Positions 24,157 through 32,000 of a stretch of 32,000 bases of DNA are shown here, piece after piece. Numbering within the stretch: the stretch's first letter is position 1; the number at the start of each line of letters is the position of its first letter. Made by a program: the position numbers and the translations under genes. Source of the DNA: Candidatus Tenderia sp. (GTDB lineage: Bacteria; Pseudomonadota; Gammaproteobacteria; Tenderiales; Tenderiaceae); NCBI GenBank assembly GCA_031416075.1, contig JANOSY010000024.1, forward strand, positions 39,414 through 71,413, read 5' to 3'. The notes beneath the pieces were generated by a model. It ran no database searches, was not told where the DNA came from, and worked only from the letters and a program-made list of their open reading frames with translations.

Positions 24157-26061
24157 ATGACCAGCCAACACTACCCACTTTTAGATAGCATCCCCACCCC
24201 TGATGAGCTACGGCAACTACCGCCAGAGCAGCTGACGACCTTGGCGGATGAGCTACGCAGCTTCCTGATTCAGTCAGTGAGCCACACTGGCGGCCATCTT
24301 TCCGCCGGACTGGGGACGGTCGAACTGACCATCGCCCTGCACTACGTCTTTAACACCCCCGACGACCGACTGGTCTGGGATGTGGGCCATCAAAGCTATC
24401 CCCATAAAATCCTCACTGGTCGTCGCGAGCTAATGCCATCACTGCGCCAGCGCGGTGGTTTGGCGGGGTTTCCCAAGCGCGAAGAGAGTCCTTACGACAC
24501 TTTTGGTGTGGGCCACTCCAGCACCTCCATCAGCGCCGCCCTCGGCATGGCGCTAGCCGCCAAGGCCCAAGGGCTAAAACGCAAAGTGGCAGCGGTGATT
24601 GGTGATGGTGCGATGACGGCGGGCATGGCCTTTGAAGCACTCAACCACGCCGGTGATCTGGATGCCAACCTGCTGGTGATCCTCAACGATAACGAGATGT
24701 CGATCTCCCCCAACGTCGGCGGCATGGCCAACTACCTGGCGCGGGTCCTCTCCGGCAAGTTCTACTCCAGTGTTCGCGAAAGCAGCAAAAAGGTGCTGGG
24801 CAAGATGCCTACCGTGTGGGAGCTGGCACGCCGTGCCGAGGAGCACATGAAGGGCATGGTGGTCCCCGGCACCCTGTTTGAAGAACTGGGTTTCAACTAC
24901 ATCGGCCCCATCGACGGCCACGACCTGCCTACCTTAATCAGCACCCTGCGTAACATGCGCGACTTTGAAGGCCCGCAATTTCTGCACGTTGTCACCAAAA
25001 AGGGCAAGGGCTTCACCCCTGCTGAAGAGAACCCCTGCACCTACCACGGCGTCGGCAAGTTTGATCCGGACAACGGCGAGCTGCTGGCCAGTGCCGGTGC
25101 TATCACCTACACCCAGGTCTTTGGCGACTGGCTCTGCGATATGGCCAGCACCGACAAACGGTTTGTCGCCATCACCCCGGCGATGCGTGAAGGGTCGGGC
25201 ATGGTGAAGTTTTCCCAAAAGTACCCGGACCAATATTTTGATGTTGGCATAGCTGAACAGCACGCTGTCACCCTCGCGGCAGGCATGGCCTGCGACGGCA
25301 TGAGACCGGTCGTGGCGATCTACTCCACCTTTTTACAGCGCGCCTACGACCAGCTGATCCACGACGTGGCCATCCAGAACCTGCCCGTGCTGTTTGCCAT
25401 CGACCGCGCTGGCCTGGTCGGGCCTGACGGCCCCACCCATGCCGGCAGCTTTGACCTGAGCTTTCTCAACTGCATCCCCAACATGGTGGTGATGGCGCCG
25501 GCCAACGAAAATGAGTGTCGCCAGATGCTCTACACCGGTCTGCAGCACAACGGCCCCTGCGCCGTGCGCTACCCACGTGGCACCGGGCCGGGTGTGGCTG
25601 TTGAAAAAACAATGACTGCCCTGCCACTGGGCAAGGCCGAACTGCGCCGCACCAGCGGATTAAAGAGTAAACGGGTCGCCCTGCTCGCCTACGGCAGTAT
25701 GCTAGGAGCCGCCAGTGCCGCCGCCGAACAGCTCGATGCCACCGTGGTCAACATGCGCTTTGTTAAACCACTGGACGAGTCCATGGTGCTGAAGCTGGCC
25801 CAGGAGCACGAGCTGCTGGTCACGATCGAGGAAAACGCCATCATCGGTGGTGCTGGCAGCCTGGTGGCCACCCTGCTCAACACCCTGGATGCCCCGCCGC
25901 ACCTGATCCAGATGGGGCTGCCCGACCACTTCATCGAACACGGTGATCGTATTGCCCTACTCGCCAGTTGTGGCCTCGACAGCAGTGGCATTATTCAACG
26001 CATCAAACACCATCTGGAAAACAGCGCTGAAAACATGGCTGGCCACGGCAGCGCCGCCTAG
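24157..26061 (+). CDS. dxs: 1-deoxy-D-xylulose-5-phosphate synthase
   Basis: The 634-aa product contains [32 protein letters not shown], the TPP motif [19 protein letters not shown]...LNDNEMSIS, and [11 protein letters not shown]. Confidence 0.96.
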   Translation: MTSQHYPLLDSIPTPDELRQLPPEQLTTLADELRSFLIQSVSHTGGHLSAGLGTVELTIALHYVFNTPDDRLVWDVGHQSYPHKILTGRRELMPSLRQRGGLAGFPKREESPYDTFGVGHSSTSISAALGMALAAKAQGLKRKVAAVIGDGAMTAGMAFEALNHAGDLDANLLVILNDNEMSISPNVGGMANYLARVLSGKFYSSVRESSKKVLGKMPTVWELARRAEEHMKGMVVPGTLFEELGFNYIGPIDGHDLPTLISTLRNMRDFEGPQFLHVVTKKGKGFTPAEENPCTYHGVGKFDPDNGELLASAGAITYTQVFGDWLCDMASTDKRFVAITPAMREGSGMVKFSQKYPDQYFDVGIAEQHAVTLAAGMACDGMRPVVAIYSTFLQRAYDQLIHDVAIQNLPVLFAIDRAGLVGPDGPTHAGSFDLSFLNCIPNMVVMAPANENECRQMLYTGLQHNGPCAVRYPRGTGPGVAVEKTMTALPLGKAELRRTSGLKSKRVALLAYGSMLGAASAAAEQLDATVVNMRFVKPLDESMVLKLAQEHELLVTIEENAIIGGAGSLVATLLNTLDAPPHLIQMGLPDHFIEHGDRIALLASCGLDSSGIIQRIKHHLENSAENMAGHGSAA

Positions 26062-26105
26062 GTAAAATACCCTAACGTTTTAGTCAGGAAATACGTAAGC
26101 AGATC

Positions 26106-26492
26106 ATGTCCTCACACTACACACTGAAAGTGATTACCGATTTTGCAGCCGCTCACACCCTGCGCAACTACCCGGGTGATTGCGCCAAAATGCACGGCCA
26201 CAACTGGAAAGTGGAAGTGGAAGTGACCGCCACCACCCTCAATGAGGTCGGTATTGGCATGGATTTCAAACAGATCCGCAAAGAGGCCAAAGAGGTATGC
26301 GACCATCTTGATCATGAGTACCTCAACGAGCTGACCCCCTTCGATACCATCAACCCAACCGCTGAAAATATCGCCGCCTACATCTACAACCAACTGAGTC
26401 AACGGCTCAATACCGCCACGGCAAAAATTAGCGCTATTACCATCTGGGAAACAGAGCGGGCCTGCATCCGCTACACGGAGAACCAAGAGTAA
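26106..26492 (+). CDS. queD: 6-carboxy-5,6,7,8-tetrahydropterin synthase / 6-pyruvoyl-tetrahydropterin synthase family
   Basis: The 128-aa product has the CxxxHGH motif ([16 protein letters not shown]) and a PTPS fold-length sequence. Its stop overlaps the folE2 start (TAATG). Confidence 0.8.
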   Translation: MSSHYTLKVITDFAAAHTLRNYPGDCAKMHGHNWKVEVEVTATTLNEVGIGMDFKQIRKEAKEVCDHLDHEYLNELTPFDTINPTAENIAAYIYNQLSQRLNTATAKISAITIWETERACIRYTENQE

Positions 26493-27289
26493 TGACTGAC
26501 AAAAACCCCATGATCGATGTTCAAAGCAGTGTCGATGTTCGCTGCATCCCGATTAATAAGGTGGGTATCAAAGATATTCGCCACCCCGTGCGTGTTAAAG
26601 ACCGCAGCCAGGGTGAGCAGCACACCATCGCCAACTTCAACATGTATGTACATCTACCCCACAATTTTAAGGGAACCCACATGTCACGTTTTGTTGAGAT
26701 CCTCAACAACTACGAGCGCGAATTCTCTGTCGAAAACTTTGACCGGATGATGGTGGAGATGGCGGAACGGCTGGAGTCCAACGAAGGGCACATTGAGATG
26801 TCCTTCCCCTACTTTGTAGAGAAACCGGCCCCTATCTCCAAAGTAAAAAGCCTGATGGACTATGATGTCACCCTGCTGGGCGAGATTAAAAACGGCACAC
26901 CCTCTGTTGCCATCAAGGTAGTCGTGCCCGTCACCAGCCTCTGCCCCTGCTCAAAAGAGATCTCCGCCTACGGTGCCCACAACCAGCGCTCACACGTCAC
27001 CGTCACCGTACATACCAACGATTTTGTCTGGATTGAGGACATTATCGACCTTGTTGAAGGGGAAGCATCATGCGAGCTCTTCGGCTTGCTAAAACGTCCC
27101 GACGAAAAATATGTGACCGAACGCGCCTACGACAACCCCAAATTTGTTGAGGATATGGTCCGTGATGTTGCAGCGCGTCTCAATAGCGACAACCGAATCG
27201 ACTCCTACACGGTAGAGTCAGAAAACTTTGAGTCTATCCACAACCATTCAGCCTACGCCCTGGTAGAACACAATAAAACACTAACATAG
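26492..27289 (+). CDS. folE2: GTP cyclohydrolase I type 2 (GTP cyclohydrolase IB)
   Basis: The 265-aa product contains [37 protein letters not shown] and a FolE2-type C-terminus ([10 protein letters not shown]). Confidence 0.88.
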   Translation: MTDKNPMIDVQSSVDVRCIPINKVGIKDIRHPVRVKDRSQGEQHTIANFNMYVHLPHNFKGTHMSRFVEILNNYEREFSVENFDRMMVEMAERLESNEGHIEMSFPYFVEKPAPISKVKSLMDYDVTLLGEIKNGTPSVAIKVVVPVTSLCPCSKEISAYGAHNQRSHVTVTVHTNDFVWIEDIIDLVEGEASCELFGLLKRPDEKYVTERAYDNPKFVEDMVRDVAARLNSDNRIDSYTVESENFESIHNHSAYALVEHNKTLT

Positions 27290-27325
27290 TGGTTTTATCT
27301 CCAATATTCATGACTACCTTGTTTC

Positions 27326-27370
27326 GCCCCCGGTATCGGAGTACAGTTTGCTCCAGAAGATGCCGGGGGC
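27326..27370 (+). terminator. Strong GC-rich stem-loop 37 nt after folE2 (possible terminator or processing element; no U-tract)
   Basis: GCCCCCGGTATC (27326-27337) pairs with GATGCCGGGGGC (27359-27370), giving 12 bp with one G.U pair. An inner GGAG...CTCC helix sits in the 21-nt loop. Confidence 0.3.
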
Positions 27371-27551
27371 AAAGGCAGGTCTCGTTTTTCACTCACCTAT
27401 GCTGTGGCATAAAGTGATCTCCATACCGCAGTACTCTGACCCAGCTAACAAAAATAAATATCGAATGCTTTAAAATCCGTTGCAGTCGCCACTTTAATTA
27501 AAGGTCACTCAAACGCATTTTTTGGGGCATCTGGAAATAAAGGGTAGCCAG

Positions 27552-29984
27552 ATGAAAAGCTTTTTTAACAACTTCACCAGCCGCATGTTCTTAGGCGAGC
27601 TTGCTGTGCACGCCTTGCTGGCAAGCGCACTTTTCTTTCTTGCCCTGCCACTACTCAAACAGGAATACCAAAATCAGTTCATTGAACAGGCACAACAGAC
27701 TTCCAAGCGTATTGCCACCCTATTACAAAACAGCGCGCCCCCCTACCATCTGGAGAGTCTTGTGGGCCACGGCGACATCGTTCACGCCCGTCTGATCAGT
27801 GCGGACCGGGCCAGTGGCAGTTTTAAACACGACTTGGCATATGGCAGTGACAGCAATCACCGCTATCAGATAATCACCCCCTTGCGAACGGCAGGCGAAC
27901 AACTGATTTTAGAGTTGGGGTACGACGAAACACCCACTGAGCAACGCATTACCAACGCCTTTCATTTCGGGATCAACCTGGCAATCGCTTATGTAGTATT
28001 GGCCATGCTGGGTATCGCGCTACTCGGGTCACAGCTGACACGCCCACTGCGGCACTTGCGCCAGACGGCCTTAAATATTGCTGCTGGCCACCCCATGGAA
28101 CAGATCAATACCGATACAGAGATCACTGAAGTCAAAGAACTCGCCAACAGCCTGGAGCGGATGCGTAACAGGCTGGTGACCCAACGTGAAGATCTGGCGA
28201 TACGCGAAGCGCGTGTCAGTGCGGTCATGGATAACATCGCTGACGGCCTTATCACCATCAACGAACTGGGGCAGATTCAATCATTCAATCTGGCAGCAGA
28301 GCGCATCTTCAACCACAGCGCCAACGAAATGGTCGGCAACTCTGTTAACGTCCTGTTTGCCGCGCCCCTTATCTCGCGCAATCCGGATAACGGTGAGGCC
28401 CGCGCCACGATCGAACAACACGCCCCCTATGAAACACTCGGACGACGTAAAGATGGCAGTACCTTCCATATGGAGGCCTCAATCAGTGAGATTTGCGAAC
28501 TGGCAGGCTGCATCTCCATCGTCATCTGCCGCGATATTAGTGTGCAAAAGCAGGCTGAACTGGAGATCAAATCGCTCAAGGATGACCTTGAACAGCGTGT
28601 TGTTAAACGCACCCTGGAGCTGGCCTCTGTCAACAAAGAGCTACAGCATCAGGCACTGCACGATGCCCTCACCAGTCTGCCCAACCGGGTGCTGATGCAG
28701 GACCGTCTGCAACAGGCCACACGTGCCGCCAAACGTGAAGGCCACTCACTGGCACTGATGATTACCGATCTGGACCGGTTCAAAGAGATCAACGACACCC
28801 TCGGCCACCACTACGGTGATCTGCTCCTGCAACAGGTGGCGGGACGGGTACGCAGCGCACTACGTGATTCCGATACCGTCGCCCGGCTCGGCGGCGACGA
28901 GTTTGCAGTCCTGCTACCCACCATCCAGAATGAGGAGCAGGCAACTCAGGCCGCCATCAAAATCGCCACCGCCATGGACGCCCCTTTCATTCTTGAAAAC
29001 CAAAATTTTCATGTTGGCATCAGTATCGGCATCGCCATCTATCCCAAAGATGGCGATAATTCAGCCCATCTCATGCGACGCGCCGATGTAGCTATGTATG
29101 TTGCCAAACGGGCACAGAGCAGCTACGCCTTTTACAACCCTGAACAAGATCAACACAGCGCCAGCCGTCTCGCCTTAGTGGGTGAGCTACGCCGCGCCCT
29201 GGAACAGAACCAACTGGTGGTTCACTACCAACCCACTGTTGATATCAAACAACGTCTGGTCGTCGGTGTTGAGGCGCTGTTGCGCTGGCAACACCCCATC
29301 CGTGGCACACTGCAACCCAGCGAGTTTATCCCCCTGGCGGAACAGACCGGCCTCATCAAGGGATTGACCCTCTTTGTGCTGAATGAGTCGCTGCAACAGC
29401 TGCACCAGTGGCAGGCAAAAGGTGTGCAGCTGCGTATGGCCGTCAATCTGTCGGCACGTAATCTCAACGACCCTGATCTCGTCAAACAGATCGATGGACT
29501 GCTGAACCATTGGCAGGTTCTGCCTGAACAGTTGCAACTGGACATCACCGAAAGCGCCATCATGGAGGATCCAGCCCGCGCCATGAGCACGTTATCGCGG
29601 ATCTACGCCATGGGTATCAAACTCTCTATTGACGATTTTGGCACCGGCTATTCATCCCTTGCCTATCTCAAACAGCTCCCCGTACATGAGATCAAAATCG
29701 ACCGCTCCTTTGTTGAGGGCATGGTTAGCAACAATGAGGATCGTGTCATCGTCCGCTCCACTGTCGACCTCGCCTTCAACATGGGCCACCGGGTCATTGC
29801 CGAAGGGGTTAACAGTAAAGAGGCCCTTGCCCTGCTGGCCAGCATGGGGTGCGACCATGCTCAGGGCTTCTTTATCAGCAAGCCTCTGCACGGTAGTGAA
29901 CTCTATCAATGGCTGAAAACCAATACCGAATGGCGCGCCGATATCAAGCCACGCAATACACGACCTGAACCTGAGATGGTCTAG
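27552..29984 (+). CDS. Membrane signalling protein: 2 TM + periplasmic sensor + HAMP + PAS + GGDEF + EAL
   Basis: I set the start at the ATG (MKSFFNNF) rather than the TTG at 27522. TM1 is LGELAVHALLASALFFLALPLL and TM2 is INLAIAYVVLAMLGIALLGS. A HAMP-like linker follows, then a PAS domain (VMDNIADGLITINELGQIQSFNLAAERIF). The GGDEF domain carries an RDSD I-site 5 aa before an intact GGDEF. The EAL domain has EALLRW, DDFGTGYSSL, EIKIDRSF and QGFFISKP. Confidence 0.9.
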   Translation: MKSFFNNFTSRMFLGELAVHALLASALFFLALPLLKQEYQNQFIEQAQQTSKRIATLLQNSAPPYHLESLVGHGDIVHARLISADRASGSFKHDLAYGSDSNHRYQIITPLRTAGEQLILELGYDETPTEQRITNAFHFGINLAIAYVVLAMLGIALLGSQLTRPLRHLRQTALNIAAGHPMEQINTDTEITEVKELANSLERMRNRLVTQREDLAIREARVSAVMDNIADGLITINELGQIQSFNLAAERIFNHSANEMVGNSVNVLFAAPLISRNPDNGEARATIEQHAPYETLGRRKDGSTFHMEASISEICELAGCISIVICRDISVQKQAELEIKSLKDDLEQRVVKRTLELASVNKELQHQALHDALTSLPNRVLMQDRLQQATRAAKREGHSLALMITDLDRFKEINDTLGHHYGDLLLQQVAGRVRSALRDSDTVARLGGDEFAVLLPTIQNEEQATQAAIKIATAMDAPFILENQNFHVGISIGIAIYPKDGDNSAHLMRRADVAMYVAKRAQSSYAFYNPEQDQHSASRLALVGELRRALEQNQLVVHYQPTVDIKQRLVVGVEALLRWQHPIRGTLQPSEFIPLAEQTGLIKGLTLFVLNESLQQLHQWQAKGVQLRMAVNLSARNLNDPDLVKQIDGLLNHWQVLPEQLQLDITESAIMEDPARAMSTLSRIYAMGIKLSIDDFGTGYSSLAYLKQLPVHEIKIDRSFVEGMVSNNEDRVIVRSTVDLAFNMGHRVIAEGVNSKEALALLASMGCDHAQGFFISKPLHGSELYQWLKTNTEWRADIKPRNTRPEPEMV

Positions 29985-30004
29985 ATAGCTGGAATACCAG
30001 GCGA

Positions 30005-30532
30005 CTAGAGCCAGTAAACCAGCAGCTGCATACACAACAGCGCCATCGCACCCGCCAAAACATCATCCAGCATAATGCCAACGCCGCCATGAACATGGGC
30101 ATCAACCCAGCTAATCGGCCAGGGTTTCACAATATCAAAGAGACGAAAGAGCACAAAACCCACCACCACCCAACCCCACCCGACAGGGGCCGCCGCCATG
30201 GTGATGAGATAACCCACAAACTCATCCCAGACAATTCCCGGATGGTCATGCACCCCCATGTCACTGGCGGTACGGTGGCAGAGCCAGATTCCAACCAGTG
30301 TCAACAGCAGCAGAATCAGCAGATATAGCGATAGGGAGAGTGGCTGCAACAACAGGTAGAGCGGCACCGCCGCCAGCGTGCCCCAGGTACCCGGTGCCTT
30401 GGGCATCGCACCACTGCCAAAGCCAAAGGCGAGCAGATGGATCGGATTACGCCAGTTTAATTTGGGTAATACACCACGCTGTTTAGCCAAAGTGCTGATA
30501 CCCCCCGGCGTGATACGGAATAGCGTCACCAC
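30005..30532 (-). CDS. pgpA: Phosphatidylglycerophosphatase A
   Basis: NPIHLLAFGFGSGAMPKAPGTWGT, VWDEFVGY, FDIVKPWPI and GIMLDDVLAG are present. The start is uncertain: GTG at 30532 overlaps the thiL end by 50 nt, and a TTG at 30490 next to the thiL stop is an alternative. Confidence 0.88.
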   Translation of the reverse strand: MVTLFRITPGGISTLAKQRGVLPKLNWRNPIHLLAFGFGSGAMPKAPGTWGTLAAVPLYLLLQPLSLSLYLLILLLLTLVGIWLCHRTASDMGVHDHPGIVWDEFVGYLITMAAAPVGWGWVVVGFVLFRLFDIVKPWPISWVDAHVHGGVGIMLDDVLAGAMALLCMQLLVYWL

Positions 30533-31451
30533 GGTCAGAGGTTAACCGCAGACCTGGCAGCACCTCAATCTGGCCAATGCAGGTGACAGCGCAGTCGATC
30601 GCTTGCAGCGCCTGGCTCAGCGCCACCTCATTACCAGCAGGCAGTGTAAAACAGAGTTCATAATCATCCCCCGCTGTGAGCGGCAGCCGCCACCACTCAT
30701 CACCGCCCCCCTTCACCTCAGCGGCCACGGGCAAGCTATCAAGGTTCACCGTCGCCCCAACACCGCTGGAAACAAGGATATGGCCGAGATCCCCGGCCAT
30801 ACCATCGGAGATATCAATCGCAGCTGTTGCCAACCCACGTAGCGCCAGGCCCACGGCCACACGTGGTGTTGGGCGCTGTAACCGTGAGATAAAATAGTCA
30901 CGACGTGACGGGGCCAAAATTAACTCAGTACGATCCAATGCCAACTGCAATCCCAATCCAGCATCACCCAGCTGACCAGTCACGTAGATCAGATCCCCGA
31001 CCTTGGCACCATCACGGCGTAACGCCTGGCCAGGGGGCACAAAACCGCAGATTTGCAACGTAATAGTGAGCGGGCCACGGCTAGTATCCCCCCCCACCAA
31101 CGCCACACCATGCTCGGCGGCCAGCTGGCTCAACCCCTCAGAAAACCCCTGCAACCAGCGCTCATCCACCGCTGGCAGTGTCAGCCCCAGCAACATCCAG
31201 GCAGGCTCCGCCCCCATGGCGGCCATATCACTCAGATTGACCGCCACGGTTTTGTAACCAATATCATCAGGGGAGGTGTGCAAGGGAAAATGGACCCCCT
31301 CAACCAAGGTATCCATACTCAGCGCCAGACTCTCGCCAGCGGCGGGGGTCAACAGTGCGGCGTCATCCCCTACCCCCAGCAGCACATCACCACGGGCCGC
31401 CATGCCGCGACTAAAATAGCGCTTGATCAGCCCAAATTCAGAGATAGCCAT
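30483..31451 (-). CDS. thiL: Thiamine-monophosphate kinase
   Basis: MAISEFGLIKRYF...GVGDDAALL...DTLVEGVHF is an AIR-synthase-like fold. The gene sits in the conserved nusB-thiL-pgpA position. Confidence 0.92.
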   Translation of the reverse strand: MAISEFGLIKRYFSRGMAARGDVLLGVGDDAALLTPAAGESLALSMDTLVEGVHFPLHTSPDDIGYKTVAVNLSDMAAMGAEPAWMLLGLTLPAVDERWLQGFSEGLSQLAAEHGVALVGGDTSRGPLTITLQICGFVPPGQALRRDGAKVGDLIYVTGQLGDAGLGLQLALDRTELILAPSRRDYFISRLQRPTPRVAVGLALRGLATAAIDISDGMAGDLGHILVSSGVGATVNLDSLPVAAEVKGGGDEWWRLPLTAGDDYELCFTLPAGNEVALSQALQAIDCAVTCIGQIEVLPGLRLTSDRGDAIPYHAGGYQHFG

Positions 31452-31481
31452 GGTGTGTCTGCTAGGCGTCCGGCCAACGCA

Positions 31482-31916
31482 CTATTTTTTTGGGGTGCGC
31501 TGAATTTCCAGCTGACGGGTCTGCTGGGCAACCTTATCCAGTACGCCGTTGACATATTTATGGCTCTGATCAGCGCCAAACATCTTGGCCGACTCCAGCG
31601 CCTCATTAATAACCACCCGATACGGGACGTCGGGACGTGATACCAACTCAAACGTCGCCATCCGTAAAATGGCACGCTCCACCGGGTCAACACTATTAAT
31701 ATCACGGTCAAGAAAAGGTTTGATCTGCTGGTCTAGGGCCTCCAGCTGACCCGCCACCCCATGCAGCAGCACCTTAAAGTACTCGAGATCAACCTTGGCC
31801 ATCTCACGCTCCACCAGAAACTGATCGTGGATTTCAGAGATATTTTCTCCAGCCATCTGCCACTGATAGAGTGCTTGCACGGCACTGCGACGTGCCTTGG
31901 AACGGGCATTACTCAA
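31482..31916 (-). CDS. nusB: Transcription antitermination factor NusB
   Basis: The 144-aa product starts MSNARSKARRSAVQALYQWQM, like E. coli NusB. It uses a TTG start with AAGGAG 9 nt upstream. Confidence 0.92.
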   Translation of the reverse strand: MSNARSKARRSAVQALYQWQMAGENISEIHDQFLVEREMAKVDLEYFKVLLHGVAGQLEALDQQIKPFLDRDINSVDPVERAILRMATFELVSRPDVPYRVVINEALESAKMFGADQSHKYVNGVLDKVAQQTRQLEIQRTPKK

Positions 31917-31940
31917 ATTTTATTGCTCCTTAATTTATCC

Positions 31941-31980
31941 CCCCTCACCCTAACCCTCTCCCCCAGGGGGGGCGAGGGGA
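31941..31980. repeat. REP-like GC-rich palindromic element (CCCTC..CCCC / GGGG..GAGGG) upstream of nusB, near the window edge
   Basis: CCCTC-t-CCCC(C) at 31954-31964 pairs with GGGG-c-GAGGG at 31969-31978. An extra CCCCTC at 31941-31946 offers an alternative pairing. It resembles the Pro/Ser/Gly-coding intergenic hairpin repeats common in proteobacteria. Only one copy is visible in this window. Confidence 0.35.
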
Positions 31981-32000
31981 CTGGATGCACTTCGTAGCAA

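Noticed and set aside
26062-26105. Possible preQ1 riboswitch or Zur box upstream of queD-folE2.
   Set aside because: The gap is only 44 nt. I could find neither a Zur-like AT-rich palindrome nor the preQ1-I stem/A-rich tail pattern.
27310-27417. 35-codon Cys/Arg-rich small ORF (MTTLFRPRYRSTVCSRRCRGQRQVSFFTHLCCGIK) after folE2.
   Set aside because: It has no Shine-Dalgarno sequence. Its unusual composition is imposed by the GC-rich hairpin at 27326-27370 that it spans, so it is most likely non-coding.

Overview
The window is a 32-kb chromosomal segment whose gene content and order look gammaproteobacterial (nusB-thiL-pgpA, sucA-sucB-lpdA, sucC-sucD, dxs, nadE-glnB). That assignment is inference only. 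About two thirds is housekeeping: the 2-oxoglutarate dehydrogenase complex, succinyl-CoA synthetase, P-II, glutamine-dependent NAD synthetase, DXP synthase, queD-folE2, one HAMP-PAS-GGDEF-EAL signalling protein, and nusB/thiL/pgpA. There are three accessory patches. (i) Positions 1-4735 form a visibly lower-GC block. It holds a secreted ~1000-aa double beta-helix protein, a degraded plasmid-type (pRiA4b ORF-3-like) pseudogene and a secreted TolB-like beta-propeller protein. (ii) Positions 12765-20085 hold a 2111-codon mosaic surface adhesin, divergently paired with an orphan phage-tail-collar (MdpB-like) gene. (iii) A secreted nine-repeat Sel1 protein lies at 22465-23730. The most unusual feature is the 3' end of the adhesin ORF. 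A choice-of-anchor-like domain and a GlyGly-CTERM-like sorting tail run in frame, with no stop, into a complete signal peptide plus small OMP beta-barrel. The junction is a G8 homopolymer, and removing one G recreates a two-gene TGATG stop/start overlap. I found no rRNA, tRNA, CRISPR array, transposase or integrase. All calls rest on reading the ORF translations and the DNA by eye, with no database searches.
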